Source: Chitinophaga pinensis (GTDB taxonomy: Bacteria > Bacteroidota > Bacteroidia > UBA7662). From it: a stretch of 64,000 nucleotides of DNA. Below, piece after piece: positions 49,788 to 59,112 of the stretch (positions within the stretch are counted from its first letter, which is position 1; every line of letters begins with the position of its first letter). Made by a program: the position numbers and the translations under genes. The stretch spans positions 12,497-76,496 of the forward strand of contig CAMCHJ010000003.1 of assembly GCA_945874665.1 (NCBI GenBank), given 5' to 3'. The notes under the pieces are model-generated. The model searched no databases and was not told the origin of the DNA. It was given only the letters and a program-made list of their open reading frames with translations.

Positions 49788-50360
49788 TTACAACTCAAAG
49801 CTTCGCAAGGCATTATACAGGGCTTCGGTAGGCAGTCCCATTACATTGGTATACGAGCCTTCGATGCGAGCTATGGCGATGTTTCCAAGCCATTCTTGGA
49901 TACCATAGGCACCTGCTTTATCGTATGGCTGGTATTTCTGGATGTAATACTGAATCTCTTCGTCAGTGAGGTGATTAAACAGCACGCTGCTTGTGCTGCT
50001 GAAAGTTACCGTGTCGTTGGTTGTGCGAAGACAAACGCCTGTGATTACGGTTTGTAATTTGCCTGATTGTTTGCGCAGGAGGATGGCAGCTTCCGCGGCG
50101 TTATCAGGCTTTCCCAATACTTCACCGTCTAAAACGACAACCGTATCAGCAGTTAAGAGCAGCTCTTCGTCAGAAATGTGGTAGGCCGCCGCTTTTTTAC
50201 CAGCAAGGTAAACAGCCACTTTTTCGGCTGCGAGTTCTTTAGGGTAGCTTTCATCTACTTCCTGAAGCCTAACGCTAAACGGTACATCCATCTCCTGAAG
50301 TAATGCCTGGCGCCGCGGTGAACCTGAGGCAAGTATGAGTTTGAAAGGCAGTTCGAGCAT
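49788..50360 (-). CDS. maf: Maf-family nucleotide pyrophosphatase
   Basis: LILASGSPRR, TADTVV, GKP, DKAGAYGIQ, NVMGLP; ATG at 50360. Confidence 0.94.
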   Translation of the reverse strand: MLELPFKLILASGSPRRQALLQEMDVPFSVRLQEVDESYPKELAAEKVAVYLAGKKAAAYHISDEELLLTADTVVVLDGEVLGKPDNAAEAAILLRKQSGKLQTVITGVCLRTTNDTVTFSSTSSVLFNHLTDEEIQYYIQKYQPYDKAGAYGIQEWLGNIAIARIEGSYTNVMGLPTEALYNALRSFEL

Positions 50361-51280
50361 TACAAATACATCAATTCGAAATAGAAAAACGCCATTGAGC
50401 CGATACCACCAAGCATGAACCACTTCATTCGACCTGATACCGAAGCATAATCGCTGGTTTGCTTTGAATTTAAAAGGCCAACCAGTGCCAATGCCCCTGG
50501 CAAAAGCACGGCCATAAAGAGGTAAGCTGCTGTATACCAGCTTTGTGATTGTATTTGCATCACCAAAAAGAGTATCAATAATAGTATCGTTATCAGTTGT
50601 AGCACCACTGCTAAGCGGCGGGTGAAAGCAATGCCGTATTTGATAGGGAGGGTGTTGTAACCTGCTGCCAAGTCGCCTTCGGTATCTTGGATGGCCTTGG
50701 CCAATTCCCTGACCAAGGTGCTTAAATACGCAAAGCAGGCATAGGCAAGGGTTGCGTACAATAAATAGCGTGCCGATGCGGCAGCCTCTCGGTACAGCAC
50801 GCTAACGGCGATGTATTCGTATAGCAGTGGCAAAAAGACCAAAACTACTAAGAAGGAAGCCACAACCAGGTGTCCAAGCAGGGGAACACCTTTCCAGCTT
50901 TCGGCGTATTTCCAGAGTAAAAAAGTGATGATGATGTGGATGATGGCCAAATTAAGCAGACCTGCTTGCCAGCCAACAACTGCCCCTAAAGCAATGCCGC
51001 TTACGCTGAGCACACCGTACCAATATAGCGCTTTTTCGGGCGATTGCAGCTTTTTGGCGGGTTTATTTATGGCATCTGCAACTTGGTCGTAATAATCGTT
51101 AATGAGATAGCCGCCTGCTGCTATGAGCACGCAAGAAAGTACCAAGCCCGCAAAACTCCAATGGGAGAGTAGCAAGTGTAGTTCATTGCTTTGGATGATG
51201 GGTGCCATTAAAAAGTAGCGGATACTGATCATCAAAAAAGCAATCATGACCAAATTCGGTGTGCGCAAGTGTTTCAGCAT
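50360..51280 (-). CDS. UbiA-family prenyltransferase (DGGGP synthase-like)
   Basis: AAGGYLINDYYDQVADAINKP and RELAKAIQDTEGD...G..TLP aspartate-rich motifs; multi-TM. Confidence 0.85.
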   Translation of the reverse strand: MLKHLRTPNLVMIAFLMISIRYFLMAPIIQSNELHLLLSHWSFAGLVLSCVLIAAGGYLINDYYDQVADAINKPAKKLQSPEKALYWYGVLSVSGIALGAVVGWQAGLLNLAIIHIIITFLLWKYAESWKGVPLLGHLVVASFLVVLVFLPLLYEYIAVSVLYREAAASARYLLYATLAYACFAYLSTLVRELAKAIQDTEGDLAAGYNTLPIKYGIAFTRRLAVVLQLITILLLILFLVMQIQSQSWYTAAYLFMAVLLPGALALVGLLNSKQTSDYASVSGRMKWFMLGGIGSMAFFYFELMYL

Positions 51281-51284
51281 TATT

Positions 51285-51806
51285 TTATGCGCTAAGGGCG
51301 TTACTGACAAACCATTTTCCTTGCATTTGCAACAGCTCTCGCAGCAGGTGCCTTACACAACCTCTGCCTCCATCAATGGGTACAATGTAGTGCGCTATGG
51401 CTTTAATTTCCGGGGCTGCGTCTTGCGGACAAACCGCGATACCAGCCATTTGCATGGCATCGTAATCAGGTAAGTCATCCCCCATATACAATAATTCTTC
51501 CTTTTTTATGTCGTATTGGTTCATAAGTTTATGAAGAATACTCAGTTTATTTTCTATCCCTAGATGGACCTCCGTTAAGCCTAGTCGCTTTAATCGCACC
51601 GCCACACCTTCCGACTTGCCGCCGCTGATTACCCAAACTGGAAAGCCCACTTTTGAAGCGTGGTGGAGTGCATAGCCATCTTTGGTATTCATGATGCGGT
51701 GTTCTTCGCCATTGGTGGTTACTACGATGGAGCCGTCGGTTAAAACGCCGTCAACATCTAACACTACCGCTTTTATTTGTGGGAAACGGGCTTTGATGGA
51801 GGACAT
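51285..51806 (-). CDS. kdsC: KdsC-family HAD phosphatase
   Basis: LDVDGVLTDG, KDG, YMGDDLPD, GGRGCVR. Confidence 0.88.
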   Translation of the reverse strand: MSSIKARFPQIKAVVLDVDGVLTDGSIVVTTNGEEHRIMNTKDGYALHHASKVGFPVWVISGGKSEGVAVRLKRLGLTEVHLGIENKLSILHKLMNQYDIKKEELLYMGDDLPDYDAMQMAGIAVCPQDAAPEIKAIAHYIVPIDGGRGCVRHLLRELLQMQGKWFVSNALSA

Positions 51807-51905
51807 AGAATGGATTTGTTGCGAAAATACAGATTAGTGGGGAGATGACCTTGACTCGGGTGAAAAATGCTGCTTTTGAAAGAAAATCACAAGTTGCATT
51901 TTATT

Positions 51906-51920
51906 TGACATAAGCTGTCA
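51906..51920. promoter_or_regulatory. palindromic putative operator TGACA-N5-TGTCA
   Basis: TGACATAAGCTGTCA in the kdsC/DUF2130 divergent intergenic region. Confidence 0.35.
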
Positions 51921-51973
51921 CAAACCTTCTGCAGCTTTGTTAGGTAAAAAAGCACTTGCGAAACTTAATCTTG

Positions 51974-51981
51974 TAAATTTG
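51974..51981 (+). promoter_or_regulatory. -7 promoter box for the DUF2130 gene (possibly leaderless)
   Basis: TAAATTTG-TAAT-ATG. Confidence 0.6.
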
Positions 51982-51985
51982 TAAT

Positions 51986-53251
51986 ATGTCAACGCCTACC
52001 CAAATCAGTTGTCCGCGTTGCGGCGAACCTATCGATGTGCAAGATATTTTAGCACATCAATTAGAAGATGAAATAAAGCTGAAGTATGAACGCGCGGCCC
52101 AGGTCGAAAAACAGCTTTTAAAAGAGCGAGAAGATGCTTTTCGGCAGTCTCTAGAAGATTTTGAAGAAAAGAAAAAGCGGGAAAATGAATTGTTTCAAGA
52201 GCGATTAGATAAGCAGCTTAAGGAAAAACAGGCCGAGTCAGAACTTAAAATCAGGGCACGCTTACAAGAAGAGCAGTCGGAGCAGTTTAAATTGATGCAG
52301 CAAGAGCTGAACGAAAAATCGGAACAATTGAAGGAACTCAACCGCAGTAAGGCAGAAATTGCGCGTTTGATGCGGGAGCGGGAGGAGTTAAAGGAGGTGG
52401 CGTTGGCCGAAGCACAGTTGCAGTTAAACCAAGCTTTATCAACAGAAAAAGATAAAATACGTAAGTCTGAGGAGGAAAAAAACGAGCTGCGGATTCGAGA
52501 GTTGCAAAAAAAGCTCGAGGATCAAATGAAGCTCACCGAAGAAATGCGCCGCAAGCAAGAGCAAGGCTCGATGCAGATGCAAGGTGAAGTACAAGAATTG
52601 GCGATTGAGGAGTGGCTGATGACGCATTTTCCGTTAGATACCATCGACGAAATAAAAAAAGGCGCGCGCGGTGGCGACTGTATTCAAGTAGTGCATACCC
52701 GTTCAAAGCAAAATTGTGGCAGGATTTATTATGAGAGCAAGCGCACCAAAGACTTTCAGACTGGTTGGATTGAAAAGTTTAAAGCCGATATGCGAGAAAA
52801 AGAAGCAGATATAGGCGTTTTAGTCACGGAAGCCATGCCTCAAAGTATGGCCCGCGTTGGACAAATTGATGGTGTTTGGGTGTGTACTTACGAAGAATTT
52901 AAAGGACTAGCAGCCGTTTTGCGTGAATCGGTGATCCAGGTCAGCACAGCACTCAGTTCCCAAGAAAACAAAGGCGACAAGATGGTAATGCTGTACGATT
53001 ATTTGAGCAGCACTACTTTTAGAATGCAAGTAGAAGCCATTGTAGAAGGGTTTTCTTCCATGAAAATCGCTTTGGAAAGCGAGAAAAGGAGCATGCAGCG
53101 TATTTGGAAGGAACGTGAGAAACAAATTGATAAGGTGACTACGAACACCATCGATATGTACGGTTCGATCAAAGGCATTGCCGGTAGCGCCATTCAATCG
53201 GTAAAAGCACTTGAGTTGCCAGAAGTCGGTTTTGATGAGGAGGATGCGTAG
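51986..53251 (+). CDS. DUF2130 domain-containing protein
   Basis: N-terminal CPRCG, long coiled coil, QGEVQEL..E..L...FP.D, GDC, IYYESKRTK, WIEKFKAD. Confidence 0.85.
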   Translation: MSTPTQISCPRCGEPIDVQDILAHQLEDEIKLKYERAAQVEKQLLKEREDAFRQSLEDFEEKKKRENELFQERLDKQLKEKQAESELKIRARLQEEQSEQFKLMQQELNEKSEQLKELNRSKAEIARLMREREELKEVALAEAQLQLNQALSTEKDKIRKSEEEKNELRIRELQKKLEDQMKLTEEMRRKQEQGSMQMQGEVQELAIEEWLMTHFPLDTIDEIKKGARGGDCIQVVHTRSKQNCGRIYYESKRTKDFQTGWIEKFKADMREKEADIGVLVTEAMPQSMARVGQIDGVWVCTYEEFKGLAAVLRESVIQVSTALSSQENKGDKMVMLYDYLSSTTFRMQVEAIVEGFSSMKIALESEKRSMQRIWKEREKQIDKVTTNTIDMYGSIKGIAGSAIQSVKALELPEVGFDEEDA

Positions 53252-53309
53252 CGGAATAGCTAGGTATTTGTCGTGATTTTTTACGATTTTCGCCTTGTAA
53301 ATACTTTTT

Positions 53310-53963
53310 ATGCTCGACAAACATGGTATCGCGAAGCGCATTGCACGTGAGTTAGAAGATGGTTTTTATGTCAACCTCGGTATTGGCATTCCAACTTTGG
53401 TAGCTAATTATATTCCTGAAGGGGTTGAAGTGGTGTTGCAGTCCGAAAACGGCTTGTTAGGCATGGGCCCTTTTCCTTTTGACGGTGAGGAGGATGCTGA
53501 TTTCATAAATGCGGGCAAGCAGACCATTACAACCGTGGCGGGCTCTAGTTTTTTTGACTCTGCCATGAGTTTTGGCATGATTCGCGCAGGGAAAGTTGAT
53601 TTAACGGTCTTAGGCGCTATGGAAGTAAGCGACACTGGTGATATTGCCAATTGGAAAATTCCAGGTAAAATGGTGAAAGGCATGGGTGGTGCGATGGATT
53701 TGGTTGCCAGTGCTAAAAACATCATTGTGGCCATGCAACATGTAAACAAAGCTGGGGAGTCGAAGCTGCTGCCAAATTGTAGCCTGCCTATCACAGGATT
53801 GAAGTGTGTTAAAAAAGTAGTGACTGAACTTGGTTATTTTGAGATAGATGAGCGAGGTTTTGTGCTGAAAGAACGAGCACCAGGAGTGAGCGTTGCTGAA
53901 ATTGTGAGTAAAACAGCTGGTCGTTTGGTAGTAGAAGGGGAAATCCCAGAAATGACATTTTAG
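53310..53963 (+). CDS. scoB: 3-oxoacid CoA-transferase subunit B
   Basis: VNLGIGIPT, SENG catalytic motif, GDIANW, GMGGAMDL. Confidence 0.93.
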   Translation: MLDKHGIAKRIARELEDGFYVNLGIGIPTLVANYIPEGVEVVLQSENGLLGMGPFPFDGEEDADFINAGKQTITTVAGSSFFDSAMSFGMIRAGKVDLTVLGAMEVSDTGDIANWKIPGKMVKGMGGAMDLVASAKNIIVAMQHVNKAGESKLLPNCSLPITGLKCVKKVVTELGYFEIDERGFVLKERAPGVSVAEIVSKTAGRLVVEGEIPEMTF

Positions 53964-54454
53964 TGACCTCGGACTTTAAAATACGGCAGGCCGTGGCTGC
54001 AGATATGCCGGCAGTACATGCTTTGATTAGAGAATTGGCCATTTATGAACGCGCAGAGCATGAATTTGTGGTAACCGTGGAGCAACTTACTGCTGATGGT
54101 TATGGTCCAGTTCCAATTTTCGAATGCCTTGTAGCTGAAAATGAAACTGTTGGGATCGTTGGGATGGCGTTGTTTTACACCAAATATTCGACTTGGAAAG
54201 GCGCATGTATTTATTTGGAGGACTTGGTGGTGCAAGAAAACTTTAGAGGCTTTGGCCTAGGAAAAAGGCTTTTAGAAGTTTTGATGGTCCTTGCCCGTGA
54301 CCGAAAAGTAGGACGTTTGGAATGGCAGGTATTGGATTGGAACAGTCCTGCTATAGGCTTTTATGAGAAAATGGGCGCTGTTCTTGATGAAGAGTGGATT
54401 AATTGTAAGTTTACTTTTGAGCAACTTCAGGCTTTTCGTCCTGAAAAGCGTTAA
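53963..54454 (+). CDS. GNAT acetyltransferase (diamine/spermidine N-acetyltransferase-like)
   Basis: IRELAIYE, YSTWKG, YLEDLVV...RG.GLG, WQVLDWNSPAIGFY; GTG start. Confidence 0.88.
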   Translation: MTSDFKIRQAVAADMPAVHALIRELAIYERAEHEFVVTVEQLTADGYGPVPIFECLVAENETVGIVGMALFYTKYSTWKGACIYLEDLVVQENFRGFGLGKRLLEVLMVLARDRKVGRLEWQVLDWNSPAIGFYEKMGAVLDEEWINCKFTFEQLQAFRPEKR

Positions 54455-54474
54455 TTTGCGCCAAAATACTGCTT

Positions 54475-55749
54475 GTGAAAGTCTTTAAATTCGGTGGTGC
54501 TTCGGTAAAGGATGCTGCGGGTGTAATGAATTTACACCGCATTTTATCGTTGTTTTCGGGGAATTCAATACTTGTGGTCGTTTCAGCCATGGGTAAATCT
54601 ACTAATAAGCTAGAGCTTGTTGTTCAAGCTTGGTACACAGGCAAGCTCCCAGATGCAGTGGAGCACATTGAGGAATTGCGGTTTTATCATCAAGAGTTGA
54701 TTCGTGGCTTGGACTTGCAGCATACCGAAATATTGTTGCTTAAAAAAACAACCGATGTATTTTTTGATGAATTAAGGAGCATGGTGAGCCTACCTACGCA
54801 AGCCTACTACAATCAGATTTACGATCAAATAGTGGCTTACGGTGAACTCATTTCAACCCACATTATTAGCGGGTATTTGACGGGTAAAAATGTTCAAAAT
54901 CGTTGGCTGGATGCACGCGATTTTGTTGTTACCAATGATACATTTCGGGATGCGCGTGTTAATTGGAGTAGAACTGAAAGCAACATACACAAACTTGTTG
55001 ATAATGAGCAATTAAAGGATGGCATTAATGTCACACAAGGGTTTATTGGTCGTGCTGAAGAAGGGCGTTTAACGACCACTTTAGGCAGAGAAGGTTCTGA
55101 CTTTTCTGCTTCTATTTTTGCCTATTGCTTGGGAGCTGAAGATGTGACCATTTGGAAGGATGTGCCAGGCGTCTTAAATGCGGACCCGAAGCTATTTCCA
55201 TTCGCCGAAAAAATAGATGAGTTGTCGTACGAAGAGGCCGTGGAGATGACCTATTATGGAGCCTCTGTGATTCACCCCAAAACCATCAAACCGCTTCAGA
55301 ATAAGGGAATCAAACTGTATGTGCGTTCTTTTCTGAAGCCCGAGTTATCGGGTACAGTTATCCATGAAATTAACGAATGGCGCAATTTTCCACCATGCAT
55401 CATTGTAAAGAAAAACCAAATGCTGGTTTCCTTTGCCTCGCGCGATTTTAGTTTTGTTGCAGAGGAGAGTTTGAGTTTGATTTTTGGTGAGTTGTATAAA
55501 TTGGGTATCAAGGCCCACATCAGTCAAAATTCAGCGATTAGCTTCCGCATTTGTGTGGATGAAGATCCGTTTAAGGTTCAGCCGTTTATTGAGGCAGTGT
55601 CTAGTCACTTTGACGTTACTACCGAGGGGGGATTGTCGTTGTGGACGCTGCGTCACCAGAGCGAGAAGCTCGAGCGAGGCCTCATTTCTGGTAAAACAGT
55701 GCTTTTAGAGCAGCGCTCTAAAGATGCAGTGCAATATGTTTTGAGGTAA
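54475..55749 (+). CDS. lysC: aspartate kinase
   Basis: VFKFGGASVKD, VVSAMGK.TN, TTLGREGSDFSA, DVPGVLNADP. Confidence 0.94.
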   Translation: MKVFKFGGASVKDAAGVMNLHRILSLFSGNSILVVVSAMGKSTNKLELVVQAWYTGKLPDAVEHIEELRFYHQELIRGLDLQHTEILLLKKTTDVFFDELRSMVSLPTQAYYNQIYDQIVAYGELISTHIISGYLTGKNVQNRWLDARDFVVTNDTFRDARVNWSRTESNIHKLVDNEQLKDGINVTQGFIGRAEEGRLTTTLGREGSDFSASIFAYCLGAEDVTIWKDVPGVLNADPKLFPFAEKIDELSYEEAVEMTYYGASVIHPKTIKPLQNKGIKLYVRSFLKPELSGTVIHEINEWRNFPPCIIVKKNQMLVSFASRDFSFVAEESLSLIFGELYKLGIKAHISQNSAISFRICVDEDPFKVQPFIEAVSSHFDVTTEGGLSLWTLRHQSEKLERGLISGKTVLLEQRSKDAVQYVLR

Positions 55750-55795
55750 AGTGCAGACTAGTCAGAATTTCCGTTATTTGAGTAAAATTGCTCTT

Positions 55796-57391
55796 ATGTT
55801 GCGCTTCAGTGTGGTTTTATGCGTCTTTTTTTTGGGCTTCTTCTTGAAGAGCGCTGCACAAGAGCATAGACTTTGTGGGCAAGAAGCGTTGCATAAACTA
55901 CATCCTGAATGGCGGCATGACAATCCACAACGAAAGGCGTTCGATGACTTTCTAGCTGATTTCCAGGTGCCGGAGCAAACAGCGAGTACCATCAAAATAC
56001 CAGTAGTCGTTCATGTCCTTCATTCGCCTTCTGAAACATACGGCAACCTATCAAACATTACCGATGAGCAAATCAGGTCACAGATTGAGGTTTTAAACGA
56101 AGATTTTGGGAAGATTTTTGGGACAAGAGGATATAACTTAGACCCTGTTGGTGCCAATACCGAAATTGAATTTTGTTTGGCAACGCGAGACCCAGCTGGT
56201 AATGCATCCACCGGAATCATTCGTTTGCCGTACGCAGGATCTAGTAACTTTCAGTTGTCTGCGGATCGTGCCATGAAAGACCTCAGCAGGTGGCCCGTAA
56301 ATCGTTACTTGAACATTTGGGTGGTAAAGAGTATTCAAAGCGGCATTTTAGGCTATGCGTACTTGCCAGAAGTACTCGCAAACGATGCAGAGAGACCATT
56401 TATTGATGGCGTGGTAATGGGGGCATTTTATTTTGGAAGCCGTGACAAACAAGCAGTTGGGCAGAACTTTTATCTGAGCAATACTTTTGCCTACGGCCGG
56501 ACCGCAACCCATGAGGTAGGGCATTATCTAAATTTAAAGCACACTTGGGGAGATGGGGGCTGTGAAATTGATGATGGCGTTGATGATACGCCCTTGTGTA
56601 GTGGTCAATATTTTGGCTGTCCACCAAGTCCTGCGCGACCCGTTCAATGCGGTTTTAATCGCATGGTAGAAAACTACATGGACTACTCGGATGATGCTTG
56701 TTTTAATATTTTCACTTTGGGACAAAAAAACAGAATGCGTGCTGCGCTGCAGTTTTATCCCTTCCGGGCTAGTTTGGTAAGCCTGGGCAATGTAGTTAGC
56801 ACCGGTTGTTCAGATAGTGGTGGTGTGATTTCATTTGCAGATACAATTGTCAAGATTTTGGGAGACTCCCAAGTGGTGCGTGTTGGGAGCTTCTTCCAGG
56901 AGTCCTTTCGCATTCGGGTGCTTAATCAGTTTGGTGGTGGCTTTAACAATGAAGACGTTCGCTGGCAGGTTGTTTCACAACCATTTGGAGCAGGGTTGAC
57001 CTTAGATACAATTATTCGAACCTCTGCCGGTGGATTTGCCACTTTAGATACCCGTTTGCCTAAATTTCCTGGCCGATATGTTTTTAGAGCCAGTGCCAAT
57101 ACATTTAAGACACCAAATTTTGTGAATTTCACCATTGATGCACTTGCAGAAACCAAAGCGTATCCCAATCCCTTTAAAGAAGAAATAGTGCTTGCTTTGG
57201 GCCTGCCATTCGTGAGCAAGGTACACTTGAGCGTAACTGATTTACAAGGAAAAGTGGTGTTAGCATTTTCCACAGATGCCAAAGAAGCTGTAGCCCTGAA
57301 TATGGCTGGCTATCCAGATAATTTTTATCTGGTGACCGTAACCAGTCCGCTAATCACAGATTTCTTTAAGATCATTAAAATACAGCCGTGA
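55796..57391 (+). CDS. secreted M43 (pappalysin/ulilysin-like) zinc metalloprotease with Ig-like domain and T9SS C-terminal domain
   Basis: Signal peptide, RLCG prodomain cysteine, IPVVVHV, HEVGHYLNLKH, NYMDYS Met-turn, YPNPF...KIIK C-terminal domain. Confidence 0.9.
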   Translation: MLRFSVVLCVFFLGFFLKSAAQEHRLCGQEALHKLHPEWRHDNPQRKAFDDFLADFQVPEQTASTIKIPVVVHVLHSPSETYGNLSNITDEQIRSQIEVLNEDFGKIFGTRGYNLDPVGANTEIEFCLATRDPAGNASTGIIRLPYAGSSNFQLSADRAMKDLSRWPVNRYLNIWVVKSIQSGILGYAYLPEVLANDAERPFIDGVVMGAFYFGSRDKQAVGQNFYLSNTFAYGRTATHEVGHYLNLKHTWGDGGCEIDDGVDDTPLCSGQYFGCPPSPARPVQCGFNRMVENYMDYSDDACFNIFTLGQKNRMRAALQFYPFRASLVSLGNVVSTGCSDSGGVISFADTIVKILGDSQVVRVGSFFQESFRIRVLNQFGGGFNNEDVRWQVVSQPFGAGLTLDTIIRTSAGGFATLDTRLPKFPGRYVFRASANTFKTPNFVNFTIDALAETKAYPNPFKEEIVLALGLPFVSKVHLSVTDLQGKVVLAFSTDAKEAVALNMAGYPDNFYLVTVTSPLITDFFKIIKIQP

Positions 57392-57900
57392 TTAAAATTG
57401 GACTGCTCAGTGATACCCATGGTTGGCTAGAAGAACGTGTTTTTCATCATTTTGCTGATTGCGACGAAATATGGCACGCTGGCGATATTGGAGAGGTAGC
57501 TTTGACCGATAAATTAGCCGCCTTTAAGCCGTTAAGGGCAGTTTATGGCAATATAGATGGAGGTGTGCTGCGCAGGATTTTCCCTGAAGATTTACATTTT
57601 GAAGTGGCAGGTTTAAGCGTTTATATGACCCACATTGGCGGTTACCCAGGTAAGTACCCAGCCAGAGTTTTCTCGCAGCTATTAGATCAAAAACCAGGAT
57701 TGTTTATCTGTGGGCACTCTCACATTCTCAAAGTTATGCCCGATCGACAGCTCAATCTGCTGCACATCAACCCAGGTGCTGCAGGAAATCATGGCTTTCA
57801 CAAGGTAAAAACACTTATTCGGTTTGAAATTAAGGAGGGTAAAATCCAGAATTTACAGGCCATTGAACTAGGGCCGCGTTCTGGTGCTGAAACTGCTTAA
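57388..57900 (+). CDS. YfcE/MJ0936-family metallophosphoesterase
   Basis: SDTH, HAGD, GNID, CGHSH, NPG; GTGA overlap with the protease gene. Confidence 0.9.
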   Translation: MIKIGLLSDTHGWLEERVFHHFADCDEIWHAGDIGEVALTDKLAAFKPLRAVYGNIDGGVLRRIFPEDLHFEVAGLSVYMTHIGGYPGKYPARVFSQLLDQKPGLFICGHSHILKVMPDRQLNLLHINPGAAGNHGFHKVKTLIRFEIKEGKIQNLQAIELGPRSGAETA

Positions 57901-57901
57901 A

Positions 57902-58921
57902 TCAAGCTTTAACCTCGGTAAACAGGGCATCAAACTTGCGTACGCCGCCACCTTGTTTTTCTAAGAAGGTAATGACTTGTCCCTTTTTAGTATAAATTTC
58001 ATCCGCAGGAAAGCCATAAGGTTGTAAAAATGACTGCAATACTGTACCGTAAACACCATCTTCCCATGGCCTGAATGCTTCCTCCTCTTTTTTATCGTCT
58101 TGAATTTTGAGCGTGACAAAAGTGGTGGGGTCGGCTTCATCTGGCCAAGCAATACCGTAATCGAATACAGGGTTCATGAGCCAAGTTTTGTAACTGAGTT
58201 TTGCAAACAACTCATCTACTTGGATAGGGTGTAACACTACGCCATCAAAATTCCGGAAATACTGCTCAAAAAACGACATTTGGCTGCCATTATCGAGTAA
58301 GCTAGTCATGATACTCAACTCGCCAATGCGAATGCTCATGGCCAATGTATTGGTACTTACTTTCAGGTCATAATTGGCACGTGGGTTTTCATAAGCATGG
58401 CTTTGCACTACAAATACAGAGCCTGGGTCGAAATTCACAAATTCTACTGGCCTGGTGGCGCTTGCCAAGGCCAAATGCATGAGTTTAAAACGCTGCTGAT
58501 AACTTTCTTGCAGAAGGAAAGCATTGCGCATGTTTTTTTCACGCATGGCCTCCTGCATTTCATAGTACAAAATCCCCTGAAAAACCCAATTGAGCCATTG
58601 ATACAGCATTTCTGGCTTCAGCCATTTAAAAGCTTCGAAACCAGCAGCAAGCAAGTCGCCGATGGCTCGTTGCAAATAATCAATGCCACCCTCGCGGGCT
58701 TCTTTACCAACCGGCAACCGCAAATCCTTGTAAGCTAGCTTTTTGCCACTCATCAAGGTAACGGTTTGGTCTTTCAACTCAAAACGTTCTTGCAGCCATT
58801 CTGGAAAAACCGGTAACAAGTCTGTTCTAGGATCAATTGGCGTGCCGTTGATGTAACAACGATCAAGGTGGAAATCTCCTTTGTCAAAAGGATTGTATGG
58901 AATCAGACTTTTGGAACTCAC
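57902..58921 (-). CDS. hypothetical protein, 339 aa (possibly degenerate HNH-like)
   Basis: Long clean ORF; GTG start overlaps the DUF5522 stop; no intact catalytic motif recognised. Confidence 0.75.
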   Translation of the reverse strand: MSSKSLIPYNPFDKGDFHLDRCYINGTPIDPRTDLLPVFPEWLQERFELKDQTVTLMSGKKLAYKDLRLPVGKEAREGGIDYLQRAIGDLLAAGFEAFKWLKPEMLYQWLNWVFQGILYYEMQEAMREKNMRNAFLLQESYQQRFKLMHLALASATRPVEFVNFDPGSVFVVQSHAYENPRANYDLKVSTNTLAMSIRIGELSIMTSLLDNGSQMSFFEQYFRNFDGVVLHPIQVDELFAKLSYKTWLMNPVFDYGIAWPDEADPTTFVTLKIQDDKKEEEAFRPWEDGVYGTVLQSFLQPYGFPADEIYTKKGQVITFLEKQGGGVRKFDALFTEVKA

Positions 58922-59109
58922 TTTTTTTGATTGTTTTTAATTGAATCCGGGCTTTTTTCTGTTTCAGAATAGGCATTTGCATTTGTATTATGGCCATATG
59001 GACAGTGCAAACAATGCAGCAAGCAGCAATGTCCACGTTTTTTTAAGTACACTTCCGTAAAAACGTATTGTCCTTTTTGATTAATGTAATAATCGAGGCC
59101 TTCTTCCAT
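58918..59109 (-). CDS. DUF5522-family small Cys-rich protein
   Basis: DYY....G.YVFTE.YL.KRG.CC...C.HCPY. Confidence 0.82.
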   Translation of the reverse strand: MEEGLDYYINQKGQYVFTEVYLKKRGHCCLLHCLHCPYGHNTNANAYSETEKSPDSIKNNQKK

Positions 59110-59112
59110 GAA

